Below, piece by piece: positions 8,151-17,543 of a DNA stretch of 64,000 bases. The notes below the pieces were generated by a model. It saw only the letters and a program-made list of their open reading frames with translations, did no database searches and was not told where the DNA came from. The position numbers and the translations under genes are program-made. Within the stretch, counting starts at the first letter, position 1. Each line of letters starts with the position of its first letter. Source of the stretch: a virus (taxonomy: Duplodnaviria > Caudoviricetes); IMG/VR virus record IMGVR_UViG_3300027886_000005, positions 2,249 to 66,248 of that record; one strand, written 5' to 3'.

Positions 8151-9495
8151 ACGCCGCCGCCTCCGTCTCCCTTGCGGCCTCGCGGGCGTCCCTCGCGTCC
8201 TCGGCGGCCTGCCGCAGGGCCTCCGCGACCGAGTGCGTGCCGAGGCTCGACTGGCACGGGACGCTCACCGGGCAGCCCCACGGGCGCACGCACGGCGACC
8301 CGGCGTAGTTCTGCAGGTGCCGCGCCGGGGTGACGCCGCGGAGCGCGAGCGACAGCGGGCCCTCAACCCCGACGATCACGTCGCGCACGACCTCTCGGCA
8401 GACCTGCGGGTCGGCGCGCACTCGTTTGACGACCACGGGTCGGTGGGCCCGCAGCGCCTCGACCATGCGACGGGCGTCGGCCTCCTCGGCGACGGAGAGC
8501 ATCGGCTGGCTCCGGAACCGGCGCCCGCCCGCGTCCCTGGAGGCGATGGACTGGCGCAGGTCGTGGCGGCGCTGGGCGAGCAGCCGGTGCGCCTCGGACC
8601 AGACCTCCGCGGTGACCATGCCGCCCGCGTCGCCTATGCGGGACAGGTCCCGCGTCGGCAGGCCGTGGGTCGTGACCAGGTCCCGTGCGCCGCGTCCCGA
8701 CGCCGCGTCCATGAAGTCGTCGACCGTCAGCCATCCCCCGGCGTACACGTTGACCTGGCGGAACTCGAACCCGCCCGGCGACTGCATCCCGAGCGCGCGC
8801 AGGATCGTCAGGTACCACGCGCCCTGGCGGTCGGGGAGCAGGCTCGCCCCGCCGGGTTCCCCCGCGCCGCCGAGGTCGGGCCGCTGGCGGAACTTGTAGT
8901 CGACGATCGCCGTGACGCCGCCTGGCCCATCGGGCAGGTACACGAGGTCGGGCTGGCCCTCCATGCCGTCGAAGCGGCACATGACTGCGGAGCAGTGTGT
9001 GACGTCCGACCACCCACGCGACATCGCGGGGCCGTCCTTAAACGCCCACGCGACCTTGTTCCATGGCGCGTGCAGGCGCACCTCTGCGAGCGGTCCGCCG
9101 GTGCAGGAGTAGAGGTCCGGCACCAGGCACGCGTCGTCGAGGCCCATCTCGCGCGCGACGAGGTCGGCGGCCGCCTCCGCCTGGGCGATCCCGCCCTCCC
9201 ATCCGTCCGGCCACCGTCGTCGGGCAGCCTCGGCCTCGGCCGCCGCGGCCGGGTTCCGCCGCTCGCCGCGGTGTCGGGCCGTCACGCGGTCGGCCAGGAT
9301 CGCGTGGCCGATGCTGCCGACCTGCTGGCGCGGCGACTCGTCGCCAGAGTCACGCAGGCCGAGGATCCACTGGGAGTATGCCCGCACCCCGCAGGCGAGC
9401 CAGTCGCCGCCCTCGGACTGGCTCAGGAACCGCACGACGTCGACGTCGTCACCACGCGGCGCCGGGCCGCTCACCATCACAGGAAGTCTTCGCAT
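8143..9495 (-). CDS. PD-(D/E)XK (RecB/Cas4-like) exonuclease
   Basis: LSQS..DWLAC, GSIGHAIL, GQPDLV, IVDYKF, C-terminal C..WGC...C. Confidence 0.8.
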   Translation of the reverse strand: MRRLPVMVSGPAPRGDDVDVVRFLSQSEGGDWLACGVRAYSQWILGLRDSGDESPRQQVGSIGHAILADRVTARHRGERRNPAAAAEAEAARRRWPDGWEGGIAQAEAAADLVAREMGLDDACLVPDLYSCTGGPLAEVRLHAPWNKVAWAFKDGPAMSRGWSDVTHCSAVMCRFDGMEGQPDLVYLPDGPGGVTAIVDYKFRQRPDLGGAGEPGGASLLPDRQGAWYLTILRALGMQSPGGFEFRQVNVYAGGWLTVDDFMDAASGRGARDLVTTHGLPTRDLSRIGDAGGMVTAEVWSEAHRLLAQRRHDLRQSIASRDAGGRRFRSQPMLSVAEEADARRMVEALRAHRPVVVKRVRADPQVCREVVRDVIVGVEGPLSLALRGVTPARHLQNYAGSPCVRPWGCPVSVPCQSSLGTHSVAEALRQAAEDARDAREAARETEAAAYA

Positions 9496-9518
9496 TGTCG
9501 AATGCTAGCACGGCGGCC

Positions 9519-10424
9519 CTACGCCACGACGGAGCGCGCGGCCTCGATGCTGGCGAGCAGGAACGCGTCGCCGGCCGCGAGCCGGCGCGGGACGTTCGCC
9601 ACCGCGTAGATGACGGTCGTGTGGTCTCGCCCGCCGATCTGGCGCCCCGACTCCTTCAGGCTCATCCCCGCCTCGCGCATCGCCACCCACGCGCCCCACC
9701 GCGCCGCGACGGCGAGGTCGTCGGCAGAGGACAGCGCCGCGTCGACGTCGATCCCGACCGCCGCGGCCGAGCGCTCGAGCATGCGCCTGCCGAGGGTCGC
9801 GGGCGCCTCCGGCCTGCTGGCGCCGCGGCGCGGCCTCGGGCGCCGCCGGTCGTCCGTCGTGTGGTAGCCCCCCTTGGCCAGGCGGTAGCAGGTGAGCCGG
9901 GTGAAGCCCAGGGCCTCCGCCGCCTCGGCGTTCGACATCGTGGCCCGCAGCCGGCGGACGACCTCGCCGCGCGCCTCCCGGGCCACGACCGTGTTCCGCG
10001 TCATGACCTCGGTCGCGGCGACTCGCCGCTCGAGCGCGACCTCGTCGACCACGCGCCTCGCCAGGTCGCGGCGGGTGGCCGGCGTGCTCTCGTCGGGCAT
10101 CGCCGCCAGCGCCGCCCGCGTGGCCTCCCGCAGCGCGGCGGCGTGCTCCGGCGGCACCCCGCGCGCGTACGTGGACACGCCGACGCGGGCGTGGCGGATC
10201 GCGTCCTTGACCAGGACCCCTCGGGACGCGAGGGCCCTCGCCACCGCCACGCGGACCGCGGAGGCGACGGCCCGACTCGTCGCCCTGCCGCCGTGGAGGC
10301 GGGCCGCCTCGCACTCCGCGGCGGTCAGATGCGTCGTGGAGGCGGCCGCGGCGTACAGGCCCGGCAGCACCGCGACGACGGCCTCCTCGGTCGGGCGCCG
10401 GCGGAGCCGTCGCGGCGCCGTCAC
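9519..10424 (-). CDS. Multi-HTH DNA-binding protein with a C-terminal DnaA domain IV-like HTH
   Basis: SLKESGRQIGGRDHTTVIYAV matches the DnaA signature; additional HTH-like segment SNAEAAEALGFTRLTCYR. Confidence 0.75.
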   Translation of the reverse strand: MTAPRRLRRRPTEEAVVAVLPGLYAAAASTTHLTAAECEAARLHGGRATSRAVASAVRVAVARALASRGVLVKDAIRHARVGVSTYARGVPPEHAAALREATRAALAAMPDESTPATRRDLARRVVDEVALERRVAATEVMTRNTVVAREARGEVVRRLRATMSNAEAAEALGFTRLTCYRLAKGGYHTTDDRRRPRPRRGASRPEAPATLGRRMLERSAAAVGIDVDAALSSADDLAVAARWGAWVAMREAGMSLKESGRQIGGRDHTTVIYAVANVPRRLAAGDAFLLASIEAARSVVA

Positions 10425-11266
10425 GGCGCCACCCCCAGGGCGACGAGGCGCGCGTACGCGGCCCGGACCTCGGCGGAGGGCGGCCGCGGCAGGGTGCGGG
10501 CGGCGAACTTGTGGCGGGAGCGGACCTCGGCGTCGAACGACTTGGGCGGCACGCCTGGAGGGCACAGGCCGTCAGCGACGCTATCCCGATGGCGCAGGCA
10601 TCGACCCTGCAGCGCCCAAAGATCCACATCTGAGGCGGCTCTGTAGTCATGGAGTAGGATGCCTTTTGGGGCCACTCTGGCCCGCCAGACCTCGGCGCAG
10701 ATGACCGCGGCCGCGGCCCCGAGCGCAGGGTCGAGGGGGCACAGCGCGAGCCCGAGGTCGGCGAGGATCGCGGGCTCGTCGAGCCGGAAGTGCCACGGTC
10801 GCAGGGTCACGTTCGTCGCGGCGCACAGGTCCGGCAACACCGACCGGCGCACCTCGGCACGCTGCTCGTCGGTGTTCAGGGCCTGCGACTGCCCGCTGGG
10901 GTGCGGCACCACGATCACGTCGGTCTGGTCGGCGACGCGGCGCCACGTGCAGCGCTGGCCCGCGCAGCCGAACGCGTCGCCGACGCGACCGAAGCCCAGC
11001 GCCACGATCGTCGTGGCCCGTGCCAGCAGGCCGGCGGCCCGTTGCTCGGCGATGGCTGGCAGCCATGGTGCGGCGTCCCGGACCCCGGTGGGCGTCGGGA
11101 AGACGTTCTCGAACTGCACGTGGTCGAGCAGCGCCGCGCGGTCGACGAGGCCGAGGACCTTGGCCAGGCGCGAGCCGCTGGCGCAGTCGAATGGGCGGAA
11201 GCCCGGCGGCGCCCCGGCGGGCGGGGATTCGCCGACGAACAGGATGGTGGGGCGGACGTCAGCCAC
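10421..11266 (-). CDS. Uracil-DNA glycosylase-like protein
   Basis: ILFVGESP, SGSRLAKVLG, FENV, IVALG, VPHPSG. Confidence 0.75.
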   Translation of the reverse strand: MADVRPTILFVGESPPAGAPPGFRPFDCASGSRLAKVLGLVDRAALLDHVQFENVFPTPTGVRDAAPWLPAIAEQRAAGLLARATTIVALGFGRVGDAFGCAGQRCTWRRVADQTDVIVVPHPSGQSQALNTDEQRAEVRRSVLPDLCAATNVTLRPWHFRLDEPAILADLGLALCPLDPALGAAAAVICAEVWRARVAPKGILLHDYRAASDVDLWALQGRCLRHRDSVADGLCPPGVPPKSFDAEVRSRHKFAARTLPRPPSAEVRAAYARLVALGVAP

Positions 11267-11855
11267 GGCGAGACGACTCCTTGATGCCGCGGGCCAGTCC
11301 CTCGAGCCCCTGCTCCGTGCGCGACAGGACGTCGACAAGTCGGCCGATGATGCTCCCGGGTGTCGGGGTGACAGCCGACCGCAGCGACAGGGCGGCGACC
11401 TCCAGCCGCCGCTCCGTCAGCCGCACACGCGACTCGAGCTCGGCGATGCGCCGGTCGATCTCGTCGAGGCGCTCGGTGGTCGTGGGCGGGATGAGTGCGC
11501 CGGGGATGTGGCCCGTGGTGGCGACGGTAACGTCGTCGACCTGCAGGTCCTGGGGCAGGAGCGCGTCGCGGTCGCGGCGGAGCGCGGAGACGGCCTTGAC
11601 GATCTCCCGGCGGCCGGTGCCTGGGTTCAGGCGAGCGCCCGCGGCCATGGCGCTGTCATCTGTGAACCTGTCGAGGTTGTCGAGCGCATCCATGAGGGCC
11701 TCCGCTCGGTTGTTACGCTGGGTGATGGCGGCGACCAGTTCGTGCCTCAACTGCCCGATGCAGTCGGCCGCCTCCTTCAGGTCGGAGGAGAGAACCGGTC
11801 GGTCGTGTTGGGTGTACGCGCGCAGTCGCGCGACGATGTCGGGCTGGTCTTTCAT
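11259..11855 (-). CDS. Hypothetical coiled-coil protein
   Basis: ORF behind TGC-TAAGGT-7nt-ATG. Confidence 0.6.
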   Translation of the reverse strand: MKDQPDIVARLRAYTQHDRPVLSSDLKEAADCIGQLRHELVAAITQRNNRAEALMDALDNLDRFTDDSAMAAGARLNPGTGRREIVKAVSALRRDRDALLPQDLQVDDVTVATTGHIPGALIPPTTTERLDEIDRRIAELESRVRLTERRLEVAALSLRSAVTPTPGSIIGRLVDVLSRTEQGLEGLARGIKESSRRG

Positions 11856-11963
11856 CCCGGACACCTTAGCACGCGACAAGGTAGCGTGTCGCTGACACGT
11901 CTCCACCCCACCCAACCACCCACCCACGAAGGCCGGACGATTTCTCTTGACGACCGGCCACCT

Positions 11964-12067
11964 CTTCAGGCACCCTGTGGCGTCCCGCAGGGCCCCGGAC
12001 GTAGCCTGCGAAGTCCGGAAGCAGGCCCGGTGCGCGGGACAGCCAGCCACAGGGTGCTTACCTGAAG
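11964..12067 (+). ncRNA. Structured element copy 1 (84-bp core 11972-12055); candidate leader RNA, sRNA or cruciform
   Basis: Nested stems cttcagg/cctgaag, ccctgtggc/gccacaggg, gtcccgc/gcgggac, gggcc/ggccc, ccggac/gtccgg; identical inverted copy at 48524-48607. Confidence 0.65.
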
Positions 12068-12078
12068 GAGGCCGGGCG

Positions 12079-12318
12079 ATGTCGAGACGGATCGACCACG
12101 ACAAGGTCAGGGCCGAAGCAGACCTGAAGCCCAAGCGCACCGTCGTGCGGGACTCCAAACGGGACGCCGTCGTCATCTCCGCGCGGTCCCGCCCGAGCGT
12201 CGACGAGATGGTCGCGGACGTCGCCCGCGCCCGCGCCCGCGAGGCGACGTCGGCTGCGGCTTCGACCGGGCGAAGCGTCCTCGACGACCTCGACGAGGAC
12301 GAGGGCGCGACATGCTAG
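12079..12318 (+). CDS. Hypothetical protein
   Basis: GGAGG Shine-Dalgarno before ATG 12079. Confidence 0.6.
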   Translation: MSRRIDHDKVRAEADLKPKRTVVRDSKRDAVVISARSRPSVDEMVADVARARAREATSAAASTGRSVLDDLDEDEGATC

Positions 12319-12327
12319 GATGCCCGC

Positions 12328-12564
12328 ATGCACAACCTTGAGGCGGTGAAGCGGTCATTGGCCGCGTGGACGGACGACGACCTGGACGCGCTGCGCAGAC
12401 ATCGCAGGTCCCTCGGGTTCCGGGCCTTTGCGTGCATGCATGAGGACCTGTGCGTCTTCCTATCAGGCGCTGGGTGGAACCCGGCGGCTGGCCCCGTCGG
12501 CCTGGCTGAGTTCCTGAGCGACGACGTCGTCGCCACCATCCCAGGCGTGGACCTCTTCGACTGA
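12328..12564 (+). CDS. Hypothetical protein
   Basis: TGC-TAGGAT-6nt-ATG. Confidence 0.6.
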   Translation: MHNLEAVKRSLAAWTDDDLDALRRHRRSLGFRAFACMHEDLCVFLSGAGWNPAAGPVGLAEFLSDDVVATIPGVDLFD

Positions 12565-12577
12565 CGCGGAGGCATCC

Positions 12578-15550
12578 ATGCCAAACGACACCGAGGCGCC
12601 CTCCGCGGCGCAGTGGCCAGACCTGTCCTCGTGGCCAGACGACGACGCGCCGCCCGTTGAGTGGGCCCGCTTCTACCGCGACCGCTGCGGGTGGATCGTC
12701 GTCCCCACCGCCGGACCGATGGACGTCCTCTCGTGGGCCCGCTCGCTGGCCCAGGACGCCGCGGCCGCGTACGCCGATGACCACGGCGGACCGCCCGACG
12801 AGGAGACCGCCGTCGCGCTGTGGGACGCTGCCCGCGAGGAGGCCGACGACCTGCTCGGCCGCCCCGTCGGGTACATCTACAAGGCGTGGATGGCCAAGGT
12901 GGCCGTCGCCGCCGACGTCACCGACGCGATGCTCCGCGAGGCGTGGGAGCCCCTCGAGCACAGCCGCGGCCCGCGCAACGAGGCCGACCGCCGCGGCGTC
13001 GCCGTCCTCCCGAACCGCTCCGCTCGGGGCCTGCCGGTGGTGTTGGTCGACGTCGACCCACGCTCCGGCGGCGACGTGGACGGGCCGTGGGGCATGCAGT
13101 TATCTGGCCCGAAGGCCAGCACCCCAGGCGATGGCGTACACACGCTCATGCTCGCCACCGGCAAGGAAGTCGCGGGCTGCGACCTCGGCCCCGGCGTCGA
13201 CGTCGTCGCGGCCGGCGGCACCGCGATCCCGCTGCCGAGCGGATCCGCCACGCCGGGGCGCCGGTGGCTCCGCATGGACCCGCCCGTGGTCGCTCCCGAG
13301 CAGCTGCGCAAGAGGGGACGCAAGAGGGCCCCGCCCCGCATCCGGGAGGGCGCCAGGGGCACTGAGGCCGAGCGCCAGCCCGGCGACGACTGGGGCGACG
13401 ACGAGGGCCAGGGCGCGCAGGTCGTGTCATCCCCCGTCGGCGACGGCGAGCGGAACCGGGCCGCCGGCATTCTCGTCGGCATGCTCGCCAGGCCGCGCAG
13501 CCTCCCCGGTGACTTCGTCCGCGCCTGCCTCGAGCTGCTCGCGGAGGAGATGGCTGGGCGCGACGCGCCGTCAACGGAGATGCGTGAGGAGATGGCCCGG
13601 TGGCAGGTCCTCCTGACCCGCGGCCCGCGCGACGAGGCATTCGCCGCCGAGGTCATGGAGACTTGGCTCCGCGTCCGCGACACCAGCCGCAAGCGGATGC
13701 GGACCCCGCCGGCCAAGTTCGCCGCCTCGGTGTGGCGCGTCTGCGACCGCCGCGAGGAGGGCCGGGCCGGCGAGGAGGACCGCGGCGTCGGCCCGCCGCT
13801 CGGCGCCTGGCCGCCGGACGTCCCGGGCAGGCCGGAGCCGGTGCCGCCGTCAGCATCCACGACAGCCACTGAGGCGCAGCAGGCCGGACCTGGAGACGCC
13901 ACGACTGCTGACCCGGTGCCGTTCCCCCCGCCGCCGCCCGCGGTCGCCCAGGCCGCCGTGGAGGCGTCCAGGGTCGAGACTCCCCGGTGGCGCGGCGGCG
14001 TCGACCCCCGGCTCTTCGCCCCGTCCCTCGCCGAGGACTACACGCGCGACGACCTGCAGCGCGACCTCGAGCGCGAGCCGATCCGGATCTGCCGCGTCAT
14101 GCCGGCCATGGACTTCGCCACCGGCCAGCACTCGACGTCGCCCGACCTCCTCACCCGACCTGTCGAGTTCGGCTGGGGCGAGCACATGGCCGCGGCGAAG
14201 CGCGGGCTCTCCGCGGGCGACTTCGTTGCCGTCGGGGCCAGCAGCGCCGGCGCGGGGAAGACCACCTACCTCGCCTGGCTGCTGAACGGCCTCGCCCTCC
14301 AGACCGCGATGCGGCTCCTCCGCGCCAAGGGCTTCGAGGACCGACCCCTCGTCCTCCCGATCTGGGCCAGCGAGATGCCGAAGCGGAACGAGCTGTACGG
14401 CCGCCTCGTGACCGCCTACCTCGGCTTCCACCGGGCGGTGCTCGACGACGGCCCGATGGCCGAGGAGGCCCCTGGCGTCCTCGCGGCCGCCTCCGCGGGC
14501 CGCATGGCCCCCGCCGAGTACGTCGCCAAGGCCCGGGCCATGGAGGACTTCTACGGCAACGACGAGCGGTGCCCCCTGGCCGTCGCGCGCGCGCACGTGA
14601 TCCGCCGGATCAACCCGTCGCGGCTGCCCCGACACTCGCGCAGCCTCGGCGTCACCGTCCACCACCGGTCCGGCCCCGACCTCGTCGAGCACCTCGCCGA
14701 CGCCGTCGACCTCTTCCGCGAGGACCTGGCGGCTCGCGCCGGCGTCCCCACCGACAAGGTCCTGCCGGTCGTCGTCGTCGACCCGGTGCAGCGCTTCGCC
14801 GGCCCCGGGGGGCAGAGCGAGAAGGGGGCCATCGACGCGATCCTCGGCGCGCTGAACGACGTGCTGTGCCGCGAGCTCGGGTGCGTCGTCATGGCCACGT
14901 CCGACACGACCAAGGGCGGCGCCAGGACGGGGCTCGACTCGTTCCTGTCCGCCGACGCCCCGGCGCTCATGGCCGACGTGCTGTCGGGCTCCCAGGGCAT
15001 CGTGCACCACGCGAGCGACGTCGTCGTCGTGCACCCGGAGGCCCCGGCGCACGGCGCCCCGCCGCCGCGGGTCCGGGACGGCGGGCGGGAGCGCGAGATC
15101 GGGCCCGGGTGCGTCCGCCTCTGGACCCGGCTCCTGCGCTCCCGCGGCGGGGGCGAGTCGCCGCTCCTGTTCCCGTACGAGTGGGACCGCGCCCTGGGCC
15201 GGCTGCGCGAGCTCGACCCCGAGCCGCTGCGCCCCCCGCCGGAGCGGGACGACGACGCCAGGCGTGGCGGCTCCTCCCGCCACGCTGGCCACGCCGGCCA
15301 GGGCGGCCCCCCGCGACTCGACCCCGCCGCCGACTACCGGCTGCACAAGGCCGGCGCCCGGATGCGGGACGGGTCGCACGTCGAGGACCTCGGCCTCGCC
15401 TTCACGGACCTCGCCCGCGAGGCGATCGGGATCGACGGGCGCCCGGACCCGCACCCCGGCAAGCGCTGGTGGCCGGACGTGGTCGTCTCCGGGCGCGCGG
15501 CCGCGCACGTCCTGGCGGCGATGACCTGCCGGCACGAGCGGGTGACGTAG
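12578..15550 (+). CDS. Bifunctional primase-polymerase fused to a DnaB/RecA-fold helicase
   Basis: Prim-Pol motifs GWIVVP, LVDVDPRSGG, STPGDGVH, GVDV; Walker A GAGKTT; Walker B VVVVDP. Confidence 0.85.
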   Translation: MPNDTEAPSAAQWPDLSSWPDDDAPPVEWARFYRDRCGWIVVPTAGPMDVLSWARSLAQDAAAAYADDHGGPPDEETAVALWDAAREEADDLLGRPVGYIYKAWMAKVAVAADVTDAMLREAWEPLEHSRGPRNEADRRGVAVLPNRSARGLPVVLVDVDPRSGGDVDGPWGMQLSGPKASTPGDGVHTLMLATGKEVAGCDLGPGVDVVAAGGTAIPLPSGSATPGRRWLRMDPPVVAPEQLRKRGRKRAPPRIREGARGTEAERQPGDDWGDDEGQGAQVVSSPVGDGERNRAAGILVGMLARPRSLPGDFVRACLELLAEEMAGRDAPSTEMREEMARWQVLLTRGPRDEAFAAEVMETWLRVRDTSRKRMRTPPAKFAASVWRVCDRREEGRAGEEDRGVGPPLGAWPPDVPGRPEPVPPSASTTATEAQQAGPGDATTADPVPFPPPPPAVAQAAVEASRVETPRWRGGVDPRLFAPSLAEDYTRDDLQRDLEREPIRICRVMPAMDFATGQHSTSPDLLTRPVEFGWGEHMAAAKRGLSAGDFVAVGASSAGAGKTTYLAWLLNGLALQTAMRLLRAKGFEDRPLVLPIWASEMPKRNELYGRLVTAYLGFHRAVLDDGPMAEEAPGVLAAASAGRMAPAEYVAKARAMEDFYGNDERCPLAVARAHVIRRINPSRLPRHSRSLGVTVHHRSGPDLVEHLADAVDLFREDLAARAGVPTDKVLPVVVVDPVQRFAGPGGQSEKGAIDAILGALNDVLCRELGCVVMATSDTTKGGARTGLDSFLSADAPALMADVLSGSQGIVHHASDVVVVHPEAPAHGAPPPRVRDGGREREIGPGCVRLWTRLLRSRGGGESPLLFPYEWDRALGRLRELDPEPLRPPPERDDDARRGGSSRHAGHAGQGGPPRLDPAADYRLHKAGARMRDGSHVEDLGLAFTDLAREAIGIDGRPDPHPGKRWWPDVVVSGRAAAHVLAAMTCRHERVT

Positions 15551-15594
15551 CTAATGGCGGGCCACCCGCGCGTGAACATGCTAAGGTGTCTCCC

Positions 15595-15762
15595 ATGCCC
15601 AACGTCAACATCATCGAGGCAACTGACCCGAAGGACAGGCCAACTGAGGTCGTGGCCCAGCTCCGCGACATCGCGGAGTGGTTGCGGGCGGAGGGCGAGC
15701 CGGAGATCGCTGCAGGCCTCGACGAGGTTGTGGACGACATCGTCTCGATGTACGAGCTATAG
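15595..15762 (+). CDS. Small hypothetical protein with its own promoter
   Basis: GAACATGC-TAAGGT-GTCTCCC-ATG. Confidence 0.6.
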   Translation: MPNVNIIEATDPKDRPTEVVAQLRDIAEWLRAEGEPEIAAGLDEVVDDIVSMYEL

Positions 15763-15871
15763 TTAGGCCACGACCGTGGCGGTCGCCGACCACGGTCTCG
15801 CTGATCGCTCCTCCTCGCCGCACGACTCATTGTTCGGCGAGGAGGCCCGAGCAGGGCCTGGGAGAATACCA

Positions 15872-16303
15872 ATGAAGAAGATCATTTCCATGTTCACCCT
15901 CATGGGCGCCGTGTCCACCAGCAACATCGCCTCCGCGACGCCGGCACTCGGCTTCCGCGACATCGATGCCACGCCGCCGACCGACTACGACTGCACGGTC
16001 GAGACGATCGACGACCTGACCTGCGAGCTCGCCTGCGACGGTCCGACGACCGACTTCGAGTGCGCCTGTGAAGTGGATCTGTGCGAGTGCATCGACTCGA
16101 CCTCGCACGAGTTCTCCATGTCCCCCGACCCCGACGAGGGGGCGTGGTGCGACCAACTGAGGCGGGGAGGCGGCCACTACAACAAGTGCTGCGATGGACC
16201 TGACGGCCCTGGCTGCACCAAGTATTGCCCCGACAAGGCTCCCCCGCCCAGCGGAGAGTGTGCGCCTTGCCTCTACGGCTGCACGAATGGGACCTGCAAC
16301 TGA
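15872..16303 (+). CDS. Secreted Cys-rich protein
   Basis: GGAG RBS; Sec signal MKKIISMFTLMGAVSTSNIASA; many Cys. Confidence 0.75.
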   Translation: MKKIISMFTLMGAVSTSNIASATPALGFRDIDATPPTDYDCTVETIDDLTCELACDGPTTDFECACEVDLCECIDSTSHEFSMSPDPDEGAWCDQLRRGGGHYNKCCDGPDGPGCTKYCPDKAPPPSGECAPCLYGCTNGTCN

Positions 16304-16336
16304 CTGCCCGTGAGGATCGCGGTGGAGGACTGAGCC

Positions 16337-16639
16337 ATGCTGTTCACATTCAAGCGAGACGAGGAAGGCCGCGAGCGTATCTACGTCGGGGACGTGTGCG
16401 TCTGGATGGCCAATGGCGACATGCGCGAGGTTGCCGGACGCGGGATGATGACCCGTGTCCGAGTGGAGCAAGCGCATTGCGATGAGGCCATCGAGCGCGC
16501 CGACGAGGCGGGGTTCTGGCATCAGCAGGAGGAATTCCCTGGACACCGCTTCTCCTACCTGTTCAACCTCGTCACCGTCGACGTGCACGTCGCCGACAAC
16601 GCCGTCTTATCCGTGACGCGGGAAGGAGACGAGTCGTGA
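16337..16639 (+). CDS. Hypothetical protein
   Basis: GGAGG RBS; coupled operon. Confidence 0.6.
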   Translation: MLFTFKRDEEGRERIYVGDVCVWMANGDMREVAGRGMMTRVRVEQAHCDEAIERADEAGFWHQQEEFPGHRFSYLFNLVTVDVHVADNAVLSVTREGDES

Positions 16640-17037
16640 ACCCTCGCAAGCTGACCCCTGAGACGTTGGCCCAGGCGGACGGAGTGCTTGCCGTGTTCGT
16701 GGACTCGCGCGAGTCGCACGGGGACTGCGACGTGTGGCGCGTCGCCGTTAGGCTGGCGATGGAGATGGCCGGCGACCTCAGGGTCGACGACCTCATCGTC
16801 CACGCGGCCAGGGCCCAGACGATCCGCGTGGTCGTCGACGGGGCGGACGCGTGCGCCGTGGTCACCGTCCAGGGGCACCGCGTCGGCAAGTCGCTGCCCC
16901 GGGCCATGCGGAAGATCCTGGCCGCGGTCCGCGCGGAGCGGCGCGCGACGGAGAGGTCCGATGGCGCGCGATTCGTCGCGTCCGAGGCGCCTGGGCTGCA
17001 TCTGCACGATGTCCGCGTCGTGGAGGTTGACCGATGA
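16636..17037 (+). CDS. Hypothetical protein
   Basis: GTGA overlap coupling. Confidence 0.6.
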   Translation: MNPRKLTPETLAQADGVLAVFVDSRESHGDCDVWRVAVRLAMEMAGDLRVDDLIVHAARAQTIRVVVDGADACAVVTVQGHRVGKSLPRAMRKILAAVRAERRATERSDGARFVASEAPGLHLHDVRVVEVDR

Positions 17038-17543
17038 CCACGTCCACCATCTTCTCCGTGGCCTACTTCCTCGGCACCTGCGTGGGCGTCGCCTCCGGCC
17101 TGCTGCTCCCGTGGTGGATGTCCGGGGCCGCCGCGTGGGTCCTCGCCGGGGCGCTCATGGTCTGGCCGCTGCTCCGCCCGTCGCAGCGAGCCCTCCGGAG
17201 GATCTTCGAGCACGACCCTCCGCAACTCGTCGGCGACAGGCTGCGGGCCCTCATGGACCTCTGCGCCGCGAAGAACCTGCGGGTGGTGCTCGGGCTCTTC
17301 TGGGGCGCGATGGCGGGGGCCGGCGCGACGTCTATGCCGGTCGTCCTCGACTGGCTGCTCTGGCCCGGCCATGGGGACGTGGAGCTGTGCGCCCTGCTCG
17401 CGGGGGTAATCGCGGTCTCGTGGCTGCTCGTGTCGCTCGCCGACGTGGGCGAGGACGACCGCCGCCCCGGGCTGGTCGGCCTCGCGCTGTACCTCGCGGT
17501 CGTCACGCTGTGCGCCCTGCCGGCGCTGTGGGAGGTGCTCTGA
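17034..17543 (+). CDS. Multi-pass membrane protein
   Basis: Several hydrophobic helices; ATGA overlap. Confidence 0.65.
   Translation: MTTSTIFSVAYFLGTCVGVASGLLLPWWMSGAAAWVLAGALMVWPLLRPSQRALRRIFEHDPPQLVGDRLRALMDLCAAKNLRVVLGLFWGAMAGAGATSMPVVLDWLLWPGHGDVELCALLAGVIAVSWLLVSLADVGEDDRRPGLVGLALYLAVVTLCALPALWEVL

Noticed and set aside
8143-9495. CRISPR-associated Cas4
   Set aside because: No cas genes or repeat-spacer array; the context is a phage recombination module
11972-12055. Known ribozyme (HDV-like, twister, hammerhead) or SRP RNA
   Set aside because: The required P1 or catalytic consensus could not be fitted by eye, and the GGAAGCAG resemblance to SRP is only partial; an Infernal search is still needed
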